Shown here: positions 38,881-48,679 of the stretch, piece by piece
Numbering within the stretch: the first letter of the stretch is position 1
Layout of the letters: the number at the start of each line of letters is the position of its first letter
Assembly: GCA_963811165.1 (NCBI GenBank)
Contig: CAWEQH010000010.1
Coordinates: 192,001 to 256,000 of the forward strand
DNA: 64,000 nt
DNA from: an uncultured Nitrospiraceae bacterium
GTDB taxonomy: Bacteria; Nitrospirota; Thermodesulfovibrionia; Thermodesulfovibrionales; UBA6898
Reading direction: 5' to 3'
Program-made: the position numbers and the translations under genes
The notes under the pieces: generated by a model
The model's database searches: none
Told to the model about the DNA's origin: nothing
What the model saw: the letters and a program-made list of their open reading frames with translations, nothing else

Positions 38881-39078
38881 ATTTTGGATAGTCTACAAAA
38901 TCAGTTCTCCCTATGATTTAATGGGGAGATCTAACTTCATGTTCTATTCATATATAACTTTGTCCCGACTTGACTTGTCTTAACGTTCATGATAAGCAAT
39001 TAAGTAAGAGACAATGGGATCTCAAAGGAAAAGGAGGCTGGCTCATAAAAAAAAGTTTTATTAAAAAAGGAGGATGAC

Positions 39079-39255
39079 ATGAACTTAGCACTAACAGACA
39101 AAGAAAAAGATATGCTTATGGGAGTACTTAAGGACTATATACCAGAACTTAGGGGTGAGATTGCTTCGGGTGCTAAACACGATTTTAAAGTGGAACTAAA
39201 GGAGGAAGAGGCAGTACTAAAAGGAATATTGGAGAAATTGCAGGCGCTGAAATAA
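39079..39255 (+). CDS. 58-aa hypothetical protein (below ORF-track cutoff)
   Basis: AAGGAGG RBS 5 nt upstream; MNLALTDKEKDMLMGVLKDYIPELRGEIASGAKHDFKVELKEEEAVLKGILEKLQALK. Confidence 0.75.
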   Translation: MNLALTDKEKDMLMGVLKDYIPELRGEIASGAKHDFKVELKEEEAVLKGILEKLQALK

Positions 39256-39730
39256 GTATATTTTCCTCGGACCTGCCCCAAGGTATTTCGACTGCTGCAC
39301 TTAGTGGCTGAAGTCCTCGCCTTCAGCTGTTCCTGATGGTGTTTTATCCTGGTAGTAATCTTGATAGAGTTTCGTCCGCCTGAGAGAATCAAGATGTCGG
39401 TGTTACCAATATCTCAGCTTGCTTTATTCATGGTCTTGTCACAGCGCGTACTCCGGGGCGAAACTAATTTTCTACGTAGTGATGACCATCCTGCGTCAAT
39501 TATCGGAAGAAACTGCCGCCGACCTCCGTTGTGTAAATTCTCAAGACAGTTTCTTTGGAGGTGAAAGAAACAAAAATACTATGTGTATTGCGGGTCGCAA
39601 CAATGCGAATCAGTCTTTCAGTGTACAACTTTATTTCTTGCGCCGATAGACTGAAAAGTGCTACGTTATTGTTAATATTGGGAATGCAGGTGTTCAACTT
39701 TATTCTAGATGGGCAACAAGGAGACATATC

Positions 39731-40303
39731 ATGAAAGTTATAGCCTTTAACGGAAGCGCCCGCAAAGACGGTAATACTGCAATACTCATAAAAAATGTTT
39801 TTGGACCGCTCAACGATGCCGGGATAGAAACCGAGATGGTACAGCTGTCCGGAAAAAAGATCAGGGGCTGCACAGCCTGTTTTAAATGCTGGGAGAATAA
39901 GGATCGGCGGTGCGCCGTCAAGGGCGATTACCTCGATACCTGCATAGAAAAAATGATCGGAGCCGATGGAATTATCTTGGGTTCCCCCACATATTTTGCC
40001 GATGTATCCGCGGAGCTCAAGGCCCTCATCGACAGGGCCGGTATGGTCTCAAGGGCAAACGAGGACATGCTTAGACGTAAGGTCGGGGCCGCCGTAGTTG
40101 CGGAACGAAGGGGCGGGGCGATTCATGTTTTTGATACCATAAACCATTTTTTCCTGATTAGCCAGATGATTGTCCCCGGCTCGATCTACTGGAACATGGG
40201 AATTGGGAGGGAAAAGGGGGATGTCGAAAAGGATGAGGAAGGCCTCCGCACGATGAAGGTCCTCGGCGAAAACATGGCGTGGCTTTTAACGAAGCTGAGG
40301 TAG
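39731..40303 (+). CDS. Flavodoxin-like / iron-sulfur flavoprotein (NADPH-dependent FMN reductase family)
   Basis: NGSARKDGNT, CTACFKC...C, GSPTYF, LKALIDR. Confidence 0.9.
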   Translation: MKVIAFNGSARKDGNTAILIKNVFGPLNDAGIETEMVQLSGKKIRGCTACFKCWENKDRRCAVKGDYLDTCIEKMIGADGIILGSPTYFADVSAELKALIDRAGMVSRANEDMLRRKVGAAVVAERRGGAIHVFDTINHFFLISQMIVPGSIYWNMGIGREKGDVEKDEEGLRTMKVLGENMAWLLTKLR

Positions 40304-40433
40304 CAAGTCGGGATTGCTGTTTATTGAATAGTATTGTCTGCCTGAAAAAGTTAGATACATTTTCGACGAGGCAATTGGCAAATTTGACAAGGTAGGAATC
40401 GATGGCTAAGATTTATTTAGAGGGAGTTTTTAA

Positions 40434-40733
40434 ATGGGAAAACTTAACTGTTGGGAATTTAGCAAGTGCGGAAGACAACCCGGCGGTCCTCATGTACATG
40501 AGTTGGGGATATGTCCTGTCACATCAGAAAAAAAGCTTGATGGAGTGCATGGAGGCACGAATGCCGGAAGAGCATGTTGGGTCATAGGAGGAACTCTGTG
40601 TAATGGGAAGGTACAAGAGTCATTTGCTAAGAAATATTTCGATTGTGTAGAGTGTGATTTTTATAAAAAAGTAAAGAATGAAGAAGCTTCATTTTTTAGA
40701 CTTTCAGCGGGTCTTTTTACGATGCTGCATTAA
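40434..40733 (+). CDS. Two-CW domain cysteine-rich protein
   Basis: NCWEFSKCGR...CP...GRACWVIGGTLC...CVECDFY. Confidence 0.75.
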   Translation: MGKLNCWEFSKCGRQPGGPHVHELGICPVTSEKKLDGVHGGTNAGRACWVIGGTLCNGKVQESFAKKYFDCVECDFYKKVKNEEASFFRLSAGLFTMLH

Positions 40734-40851
40734 TGCGATCAAGAGGTCCCCGCGGCGAAACCTCCGTTTGTTGTAAAATTTCAGTAGAAAGTTCAAATCA
40801 AATCCATTTCGGATGGATGTTTTAAACACTTTGTGAGAAGGCAATGCCGGA

Positions 40852-41457
40852 TTAGGCATACCTGCAGCTCCTTGCAGCCTTAATGACTTTCTCTGCCGAA
40901 TCAATTCCGAGTGCCATCATTTCCCGCATCTGTATCTGAAAGATCTGGGCGGCAAAGAAGGCATCCGCAGCTGCATTATGGCGGTAATGCTGTTTCAGGC
41001 CATACGTTGCCATCATTCCATCAAGGCTGAAATTATTTTCCTCGTTTTTCCGTTTCAGCATCAGCCATCGCTCTACCATTGCTATGTCAATAAGATCCCT
41101 TTTAAATCGCACTCCCAATGACTTGAAGTGAGTTTTCAAAAATGTGAAATCGAACTCGACAGTATGACCTACGAGGATACCATCCAGAGCATTCCGGATT
41201 CGGTCAGAGACCTCCTCAAATACCGGCGCATCCATAAGATCATCCTTGCTAATGCCGTGGTACCTCATTGCCTTATAGTGGTAACTCTTAGGTTTAATCA
41301 GGGTATAAAAAGTGTCCCGCACAAGGATTTTTAAATTAATAATAGGCACACAGGCAAATGATATAATCTCATCCTTGTCAAAGTCTAAACCTGTGGTCTC
41401 AATGTCAATGGCATAAAATTTGGCAGCTTTCAGGTCCGTGGGACGAAATATTCTCAT
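40852..41457 (-). CDS. DEDDh 3'-5' exonuclease (DnaQ-like)
   Basis: DIETTG, GH..EFD, HNAAADA; start abuts the upstream stop (TAGATG). Confidence 0.92.
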   Translation of the reverse strand: MRIFRPTDLKAAKFYAIDIETTGLDFDKDEIISFACVPIINLKILVRDTFYTLIKPKSYHYKAMRYHGISKDDLMDAPVFEEVSDRIRNALDGILVGHTVEFDFTFLKTHFKSLGVRFKRDLIDIAMVERWLMLKRKNEENNFSLDGMMATYGLKQHYRHNAAADAFFAAQIFQIQMREMMALGIDSAEKVIKAARSCRYA

Positions 41458-43275
41458 CTATAATTGACTATAAATGACAGTTCTACTGACGCCATATTTT
41501 TTCATCAGGAACTCCTGAAATTCTGAGACGATCTTGAGCGACTCCTTTAATATGAGCAAATCGATATGCGAGAGTTCCTTAGCAGTTATCAAGTTGTTTG
41601 TCTGGGATTTATTCAGCACTGCCCGTGCGTGATGTCTCAGCCTTAAATCCTGCAGAAAGCCATACGACTCGATAAGATCGTGGCACAGTTCATTGCTGAT
41701 CGTCATATTGGCACTCAGCGCCTCCAACCTTTCCTTGGTGTTGGTTATCCCCCACACTCCACTGTCTATGGCGAGAACCCTCGCACCGTTTACAATGGGA
41801 TAAATAGCATAGGTCTTCAGGTCCACACCCTGATGCAGACCCAGGATTCCGAATATCCCAAGTGGCGGCCTGATTTCAATGGCATCCTCAGCCATCAGTT
41901 TTACCGCCTCGGCTTTTACTGCCGGTTTTATAGATTCCAGCAATTCATTGTATAAGGCTGTCTCTCCGTATACCGGTCTCATGTCCAGAAACAAAGAGAG
42001 GTATCGGAGATGATAAGGAATCGGGTCTGAAAACCACTGTGTGAAGTACTCTTTCCATACCGGTAGGGGCTGGTTCCACATGCTGTTGGATGCCATGTAG
42101 TTTCCACGGCACTTGGGGAGGCCGATTTCGGCCAGCGACTCATTGATAGTATTGGCCAGTGCAGCAGGATTATCTCCCAGGTAGATTAAGGCGTTGTCCT
42201 GATCAGTAGCGATGATCTCTTCCTTTCTGCCGGAACTGCCCATATGAACCCATAGGAACTGAGCAGGGGCATGTTCAGCGATAAGGATCTGAATGACCTT
42301 GCATACTACGGCATCATGAACTGAGCATAACACCCTGGTCAAGTCGAAGAAATTCGGACCGGTCATCGCAATCTTCGAGACCGATACCATGAGACCTTCG
42401 AAGACTGTTTTAAGCTCGTCGATGGAAGCCGCCTTGAGAACCTTTCTGAACAGTTTGACTATGGAAAAGGAGGGTTCGAGGTGGATCTGAATGTCCTTCC
42501 TGGTGATTATGCCAAAGACTTTATCATTCTTAGTGACAACGAGGTGGTCTATTCCGGCATCGATCATTTTTGTATACGCTTCGAATATCGTCGTCTGCAG
42601 ATTGATTGTCTTAACCGGAGATGACATGAACTCCGTAACCGGGTCTAATCTGTCGCCGCCGATTAAGACCTTCCTCAGGTCCTTATGGGTCAATATGCCG
42701 ATCGGTTTTATATTGGTGTCTACAACTACGATCGAACTTACCGAATTCTTATCCATCTCAGAAGCTGCGCCGGCTATCGTCAGTTCAGGGCCGCCAATAA
42801 CAGGCTTTTTGTATAGTATCTTCTCAACCTCAAGAACGAATGAGGCCTCCTCAAGAATCTTCTTGTCCGAAGCGATGGTCTTGAACGAGCGGAATCTTCT
42901 GTTGAGTAAAGTAGAGAAAAACGATGCGAATCTTTCATTTGAATCAAAGATCGTTTTGAATTGCGGATAAGCCACTGCATAGCAGACAGTATCCTCGATG
43001 GCCTTGACAGTCGAATTCAATAGATTGCCATAAAGTGATATAACGCCGAATATTTCACCTTTGGAAAGGTAATCAATGGCCGCCTCATCGTCAAAAAGGC
43101 CGATGAGTCCGGAGAATATCACATACACGTATTCCGAGGCCTGCCCCTTCTTATAGATTGTCTTTCCTTTTTCGAACAGATCGACTTCCAATCCGGATAC
43201 TATGATGTCCAGATCGTCTTCCGATAAAAAGGAAAAGGGGCGGATCTTCCGTATAAATTCCTTGGGCGGGATCAT
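41458..43275 (-). CDS. cNMP-binding/CBS/DUF294 nucleotidyltransferase-like protein (paralog 1)
   Basis: cNMP domain (GEIFG), CBS pair, GSSGRKE...TDQDNA, GNYMASN, DLKT...P. Confidence 0.92.
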   Translation of the reverse strand: MIPPKEFIRKIRPFSFLSEDDLDIIVSGLEVDLFEKGKTIYKKGQASEYVYVIFSGLIGLFDDEAAIDYLSKGEIFGVISLYGNLLNSTVKAIEDTVCYAVAYPQFKTIFDSNERFASFFSTLLNRRFRSFKTIASDKKILEEASFVLEVEKILYKKPVIGGPELTIAGAASEMDKNSVSSIVVVDTNIKPIGILTHKDLRKVLIGGDRLDPVTEFMSSPVKTINLQTTIFEAYTKMIDAGIDHLVVTKNDKVFGIITRKDIQIHLEPSFSIVKLFRKVLKAASIDELKTVFEGLMVSVSKIAMTGPNFFDLTRVLCSVHDAVVCKVIQILIAEHAPAQFLWVHMGSSGRKEEIIATDQDNALIYLGDNPAALANTINESLAEIGLPKCRGNYMASNSMWNQPLPVWKEYFTQWFSDPIPYHLRYLSLFLDMRPVYGETALYNELLESIKPAVKAEAVKLMAEDAIEIRPPLGIFGILGLHQGVDLKTYAIYPIVNGARVLAIDSGVWGITNTKERLEALSANMTISNELCHDLIESYGFLQDLRLRHHARAVLNKSQTNNLITAKELSHIDLLILKESLKIVSEFQEFLMKKYGVSRTVIYSQL

Positions 43276-43359
43276 TTATAAAAAGTATATCACACGTGCG
43301 GAATACAGGAAACGCAACATCGAGTCCTTTGACCTCGATGCCGCGGCCGAGAAGGGCGA

Positions 43360-43491
43360 AAGCTCGCCTATTCCAGGGCCCTTCAGGGTTTCGATGAACT
43401 CAGAGACCGGACGGCTGGAATGTCCGATGGTAAATAGTGAGGTCACGGGTTTATTCGCAGTTTGCGTAAGATGATGGTCTTCATTTTTCAT
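43360..43491 (-). pseudogene. N-terminal fragment of a DUF488-like gene
   Basis: LFTIGHSSRPVSEFIETLK..GI resembles the DUF488 N-terminus; similarity is lost afterwards. Confidence 0.55.
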
Positions 43492-43601
43492 ATATTCTCA
43501 ATTAGCACGGAAGACGCCGGGCAGTCAACCCGCGTCGGGGGACGTCGGGGGACAAGTAAACGATATTGATAAGTTGGGGCCCGGCGTGATACATTTGAGT
43601 A

Positions 43602-43784
43602 ATGGGTAATAAAGAGTTATGGTTTTCCCTCTTTTTTTTCGGAGTACTTCTTTTTAACTGGCCTTTCCTCGAGATCTTCGACCTTTCCCTCCCGCAATAT
43701 CTGTTCATTGTCTGGGGGGCCTTTATCATCGTCGTCGGCACGGTCATAAAAAAGATGAATAAACAGGGCAGCGGGCGTGTTTAA
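43602..43784 (+). CDS. Small two-helix membrane protein overlapping the sensor kinase start
   Basis: 60 aa, LLFNWPFL...YLFIVW; overlaps GTG 43777; TTGATA-N18-TACATT 6 nt upstream. Confidence 0.75.
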   Translation: MGNKELWFSLFFFGVLLFNWPFLEIFDLSLPQYLFIVWGAFIIVVGTVIKKMNKQGSGRV

Positions 43785-46700
43785 GGGCTGGCTCCTTTTC
43801 ATCTTTATTTTGGGCTATCTGAGCCTTCTTTTTCTGATCGCGTATTATGCCGACAGGAGAGAGAAGTCCGGCAGGAGCATAGTATCAAACCCCTACGTAT
43901 ATGCGTTATCGATGGCCGTATATTGCACTTCATGGACCTTTTACGGAAGCGTGGGCAAGGCCGCCACATCAGGTCTGTCTTTTCTTACTATTTATCTGGG
44001 ACCGACTCTCATGGCCTCTTTATGGCTGGTCGTCCTGAGAAAGATCATTATTATCGCAAAGGAAAACAGGATAACTACGATATCCGATTTCATCGGGTCC
44101 CGCTACGGCAATTCCATTTTTCTATCGGCCCTCGTCGCGATTGTTGCCCTGGTGGGAATCACCCCTTACCTCGGGCTTCAGATTAAGGCCATTATCAAGA
44201 CCTTCACCATACTGTCGGGAGAGACGAAAGGGAGTGCAGTGGCAGGATGGTTTATCACGCTCATCCTCGGAATATTTGCGATCATTTTCGGGGCGAGAAG
44301 ACTCGATTCCTCTGAGAGGCATGAAGGTCTTATCTTTGCCGTTGCCTTTGAATCCATCGTCAAGCTCCTTGCCTTCCTTCTCGTCGGGATCTTCGTTACC
44401 TACGGCATGTTCGACGGTTTTTCTGACATTTTCGCGAGGATAAAAGGCTCGCAATACCGCGAACTGCTTCATCTCGGCACTACCGTCAGTTACAAGGAGT
44501 GGGCCTCGCTTCTTTTTTTGTCGATGATGGCGATCATGTTCCTGCCGAGGCAGTTCCATGTTGCCGTGGTCGAAAACTCCGATGTGTCTCATGTATCGAA
44601 GGCGATGTGGCTGTTTCCTCTGTATCTCTTCCTTATTAATATTTTTGTGATCCCCGTTGCCTTCGGCGGCCTTCTTCTCGGCGGAAGCCAGACGAACGCG
44701 GACAATTTTGTGCTTTCTATTCCTCTCGGGCAGAATGCGTCCGTCCTTGCCCTGATTGTCTTTATAGGGGGTTTTTCTGCTGCAACGGGCATGGTGATTG
44801 TAGAGTCCCTGGCTTTGAGCACGATGGTGATGAACAATCTGGTGATGCCTGCAATTTACAGGTTCAACACGATGGAAGGGTTCCCGGCCATTATACTGAA
44901 CCTAAAGAGGGTTATAATCCTTGTGTGCGTTTTTTTAGGCTATTTTTTCGCGATTTCGATTGGTGAATTCGAAAGTCTTGTCGATATTGGCCTGAAGTCT
45001 TTCGAGGCCGTGACGATATTTGCGCCGGCGATGATCATCGGGCTTTTCTGGAAGAGAGGAAACAAGAACGGGGCCTCAGCCGGGATCATCGCTGGTTTCA
45101 CGATATGGTTTTATACCCTCTTGATGCCTGCGCTCTTAAAATCAGGCGTTATCACCGAAAAAGGCCTGTTCGGCTATTTGCTTCATTCCGAGATGCTTAA
45201 CCCCCATGCGCTTTTCGGGGTAAAAGGGTTCGATAAGTGGAGCAATTCGCTCTTCTGGGGCCTCTTTTTTAATCTGGCTTTTTACGTTGGGATTTCTATT
45301 TTTACGCGGCAGAATGAGGAGGAGCAGAAACAGTCTCTCCTGTTCGTTGAGTTCTATTCCCCGAAGATGCTGCCTTCAAAAGGCAACTATAGTATCCAGC
45401 AGATCACCGAGGTCCTGGGGCAGTATATGGGGAGAAGGGAATCGCTGGAAATCGTGGACCATTTTATTGTTCGCAACGGTATACGGAAGGAATCCATCTC
45501 CAGCGAGGAACTTATCAAGCTCAAAGATGAGGCTGAGAGAGTGTTGTCGGGGGCGCTCGGCTCTGCGATAGCGACGATTATCTTCGAGGATAAACTGACC
45601 CTGACGGAAAGTGAGAGGGGGGAGCTTTCGAGCTCGATAAAACAGATGACCGAGACGCTGAGATTGTCCCGGCAGGAACTCGCCGAGGCAAACAGGAACC
45701 TGGCTTACCTAAAGGAGTTCAGCGAAAATATTATCGAGAGCGCTCCCCTGGGGATCGTTACAATTGATTCGGCATTGATGGTGAAGTATTGGAACAAAGA
45801 AATCGGCAATATCACGAGGATAAAAAAGAGGGAAGCCTTCAACCGGCCGGTGACTGAACTTATGCCCTGGGTGCCGAAAAAGGCTTTTCTGCAAAACGAA
45901 CAGGGTGAATTGACCGTTCAAACGCCTTCTCTGCAGACTTTTAAGATAAACATCAGCCCTTTCAAGGACCCTTCGGGAGGGTTTGTGGTCATCCTTGAAG
46001 ACATTACGGAAAAAAAGAAGATGGAGGAACAGCTCCTTCAGTCGTCCAAACTTGCGAGTATCGGAAAGTTGACCGCCGGCATTTCACATGAAATCGGCAA
46101 TCCCCTTGCCTCGATATCTTCTCTCGTGCAGGAGATCAGGTCTTTAAAGATAGGTATTTTCAGCCACGACACGTACGAAGGAAACTGGGCGGCGACTGCA
46201 AACGACAGCAAAGCGGCAGAGGCGTCTGAGGACGGAATTTTTCTCGCGGAATCTCTCAAGACAATCAACAATCACATAGAGCGGATAGCCAAGATAGTCC
46301 GCAGCCTCGCCGATTTTGCCAGGACATCATCGAGGGAAAAGGTCAGATCGAACGTTTCAGAGATCCTGGACAGGACGATCAATCTGGTTAGATACGACAA
46401 GAGGTTTAAAAACATCCAGCTTGTTTCAAACATCGACGAGACTATCCCTATGCTGAGTATAAATCCCGATCGCGTGCAACAGGTGTTTCTGAACCTTATG
46501 CTCAATGCAATAGACGCGATGCCCGAGGAGGGGAAGCTCATCGTGTCGATGAAGCGCAAAGGAGACTCCGTCGAAATTGTCTTCAGCGATACCGGCGTCG
46601 GAATAGACGATGTGATCATCGACAGGATATTCGATCCCTTCTTTACTACAAAGCCGTTTGGTAAGGGCACCGGCCTCGGACTGAGCATATGCTATGGCAT

Positions 46701-46800
46701 AATCAGGGAGCATAACGGCACTATTTCAGTGACGAGCAAAAAGGGCAAGGGAACGACCTTTACGATCGATCTTCCTGTGGAGGAACAGGCTTCTTCCTGA
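43777..46800 (+). CDS. SLC5 (Na+/solute symporter)-PAS-histidine kinase, CrbS/CbrA-like
   Basis: YCTSWTFYGSVG, LPRQFH, AERVLSGALG (STAC-like), SHEIGNPL H-box, N box, DTGVG, PFFTTK, GTGLGL. Confidence 0.93.
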   Translation: MFKGWLLFIFILGYLSLLFLIAYYADRREKSGRSIVSNPYVYALSMAVYCTSWTFYGSVGKAATSGLSFLTIYLGPTLMASLWLVVLRKIIIIAKENRITTISDFIGSRYGNSIFLSALVAIVALVGITPYLGLQIKAIIKTFTILSGETKGSAVAGWFITLILGIFAIIFGARRLDSSERHEGLIFAVAFESIVKLLAFLLVGIFVTYGMFDGFSDIFARIKGSQYRELLHLGTTVSYKEWASLLFLSMMAIMFLPRQFHVAVVENSDVSHVSKAMWLFPLYLFLINIFVIPVAFGGLLLGGSQTNADNFVLSIPLGQNASVLALIVFIGGFSAATGMVIVESLALSTMVMNNLVMPAIYRFNTMEGFPAIILNLKRVIILVCVFLGYFFAISIGEFESLVDIGLKSFEAVTIFAPAMIIGLFWKRGNKNGASAGIIAGFTIWFYTLLMPALLKSGVITEKGLFGYLLHSEMLNPHALFGVKGFDKWSNSLFWGLFFNLAFYVGISIFTRQNEEEQKQSLLFVEFYSPKMLPSKGNYSIQQITEVLGQYMGRRESLEIVDHFIVRNGIRKESISSEELIKLKDEAERVLSGALGSAIATIIFEDKLTLTESERGELSSSIKQMTETLRLSRQELAEANRNLAYLKEFSENIIESAPLGIVTIDSALMVKYWNKEIGNITRIKKREAFNRPVTELMPWVPKKAFLQNEQGELTVQTPSLQTFKINISPFKDPSGGFVVILEDITEKKKMEEQLLQSSKLASIGKLTAGISHEIGNPLASISSLVQEIRSLKIGIFSHDTYEGNWAATANDSKAAEASEDGIFLAESLKTINNHIERIAKIVRSLADFARTSSREKVRSNVSEILDRTINLVRYDKRFKNIQLVSNIDETIPMLSINPDRVQQVFLNLMLNAIDAMPEEGKLIVSMKRKGDSVEIVFSDTGVGIDDVIIDRIFDPFFTTKPFGKGTGLGLSICYGIIREHNGTISVTSKKGKGTTFTIDLPVEEQASS

Positions 46801-46910
46801 AAGTTTCTGCGGGAAATAGGCGCAAGGCGGCCCCTGCCTTTCCTAAACGTACAGTACGCGGTCGGCACTATTTCCCAACAGACGGACAATGCTTTATAAT
46901 ACCCGCACTC

Positions 46911-47054
46911 ATGGGAAGCTTGACTTGCCTTCCGCTGGGTAGTGTGCTATCGCCTGGTGCGATAAGACAGGACATCTATTTTGGGATAGTACTGGTTTCA
47001 TTGCTGACTACGATACTTTCTCCGGTTATAATAAAAAACCTCAGATGGAAGTGA
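46911..47054 (+). CDS. 47-aa single-TM ORF or C-terminal remnant of a cation:proton antiporter
   Basis: MGSLTCLPLGSVLSPGAIRQDIYFGIVLVSLLTTILSPVIIKNLRWK; TATAAT at 46895-46900. Confidence 0.4.
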   Translation: MGSLTCLPLGSVLSPGAIRQDIYFGIVLVSLLTTILSPVIIKNLRWK

Positions 47055-47066
47055 GAAGGGACAACG

Positions 47067-48413
47067 ATGGCTGAAAGATTATTGATAATCGAAGACGAAG
47101 AGACTTTGCGGGAGTCGCTGAAACGCGTCTTTCTTCGGGAGGGGTACGAATCGGATGTGACCGATAATGCCGAGACGGCGCTGAAGATGGTGGATGGCAG
47201 GATATACGACCTGATTATCAGCGATATCATCCTTCCCGGGATGAACGGCATCGAGCTCCTCAAAAAGTGCAGGGAGCAAAATCCGGAACAGATAGTGATT
47301 ATTATGACGGCGTATGCCTCACTTGAGACAGCGGTCGAGGCGTTACGGGCAGGCGCTTACGATTATATAGTCAAGCCGATTATCCACGAAGAGATCAAGA
47401 GGATAGTAAGAAACGCCCTCCGCGAGAGGTCCTTGCGTTCGGAGAACGCTATTTTGAAGAAACAGATAGAGGAGCGTTACGATTTTGAAAAAATTGTAGG
47501 GGAAAGCAGGGTGATCACCCACTTGATCGAAGAGGTAAAGAAGTATGCCGACGCAAGAAGCAATGTGCTTATACTAGGGGAGACCGGAACGGGAAAGGAA
47601 TTATTTGCAAGGGCCATACATTTCAACGGGTCCAGGAGAAATAATCCTTTTGTCCCTATCAATTGCAGCGCTATCCCTGAAAACCTGGTTGAATCTGAGC
47701 TCTTTGGCTATGTAAAGGGGGCCTTTACAGGTGCTGTCAGTTCAAAAAGGGGGCTCTTTGAAGAAGCGGATGGCGGTACCGTATTTCTCGATGAGATCGG
47801 GGACCTCGATCTTTCTCTTCAGGCGAAGCTCCTGAGAGTGATCGACGACCGTGAAATCAGACCTCTGGGCGGTGTGCAATCCAGAAAGGTTGATATAAGA
47901 TTCATCACCGCTACAAATAAGGACATCGCAAGGGTGGTCAGGGAGGGCACATTCAGGGAAGACCTTTTCTTTCGGATCAATGTCATGACGCTCACCTTGC
48001 CTCCCTTAAGGGAGAGAAAGGAGGACATAATAATCCTCGCGAGGCATTTCCTGAGCAGATATGCCGGTGATATAGGCAAGAACGTGAAGTTTATCGACGA
48101 TGCCACCTTCAAACTTCTTACAGGGTACTACTGGCCCGGGAATGTGAGGGAGTTGCAGAATATTATAGAGCGGGCCGTGCTTATTACGGACAGTAATACT
48201 ATCTTTCCCGAGCACCTGCCGGAGGGGATGAAGGGGGTCTCCACTTTTTCTTCTGAATCGATCGAAAAGGTACTTTCTATTGAGGATTACACCAAGGAAT
48301 TCATATTGAGGTACCAGCATAGCTATGGCGAACAAAAGCTTTCAAACTTGCTCGGAATTACGAGAAAGTCTTTGTGGGAGAAGAGAAAAAAATGGGGAAT
48401 TTCAAGAAGATAG
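47067..48413 (+). CDS. Sigma54-dependent response regulator (NtrC family)
   Basis: Receiver (IISDIILP), [35 protein letters not shown]-terminal HTH. Confidence 0.95.
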   Translation: MAERLLIIEDEETLRESLKRVFLREGYESDVTDNAETALKMVDGRIYDLIISDIILPGMNGIELLKKCREQNPEQIVIIMTAYASLETAVEALRAGAYDYIVKPIIHEEIKRIVRNALRERSLRSENAILKKQIEERYDFEKIVGESRVITHLIEEVKKYADARSNVLILGETGTGKELFARAIHFNGSRRNNPFVPINCSAIPENLVESELFGYVKGAFTGAVSSKRGLFEEADGGTVFLDEIGDLDLSLQAKLLRVIDDREIRPLGGVQSRKVDIRFITATNKDIARVVREGTFREDLFFRINVMTLTLPPLRERKEDIIILARHFLSRYAGDIGKNVKFIDDATFKLLTGYYWPGNVRELQNIIERAVLITDSNTIFPEHLPEGMKGVSTFSSESIEKVLSIEDYTKEFILRYQHSYGEQKLSNLLGITRKSLWEKRKKWGISRR

Positions 48414-48418
48414 AGATA

Positions 48419-48466
48419 TGTTACTTTATTATACGTTTAAGAGGCTTGCTGTAACCTTTCGTGACA
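48419..48466. promoter_or_regulatory. Candidate enhancer (UAS) sites for the sigma54 activator
   Basis: TGTAAC-N5-GTGACA (48450-48466) and weaker TGTTAC-N5-TATACG (48419-48435), about 200 bp upstream of the -24/-12 site. Confidence 0.45.
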
Positions 48467-48649
48467 TGACAAAACACGTTGAACTTAAATGCTTTTTTAG
48501 TCTATAAATTGGCTGCGCTACATAAAGTAGCATAGCTTTCGTGGTCTAAATCCCAGACTTTACCCCACCTTGAGAAGATAACTTTGCTTGTCTTCTTTAA
48601 CCCTTCTGAAATAAAAAGAAATCTCACTTTTTATGTTTCCTCGTGACCT

Positions 48650-48666
48650 TAGGCACGTTGATTGCA
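48650..48666 (+). promoter_or_regulatory. Sigma54 (-24/-12) promoter
   Basis: TAGGCAC-GTTGA-TTGCA fits GGCAC-N5-TTGC, directly downstream of a sigma54 activator gene. Confidence 0.8.
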
Positions 48667-48679
48667 TTTTCCAGGTACG

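Larger units (their letters stand above)
35809..38956 (-). mobile_element. IS110-family element with long 3' non-coding end, interrupted by a nested IS
   Basis: DEDD recombinase gene; ends inferred from guide-to-flank matches around a TA core (35809-35810, 38955-38956); outward TTGACA at 35821-35826; about 1.8 kb without the nested IS. Confidence 0.8.

Noticed and set aside
40852..43275. CBASS-like anti-phage system (nucleotidyltransferase plus nuclease)
   Set aside because: The NTase is CBS/DUF294-type, not a CD-NTase; no effector; context is metabolic
46862..46878. Second sigma54 promoter (TCGGCACTATTTCCC)
   Set aside because: Has the -24 GGCAC but no -12 TTGC
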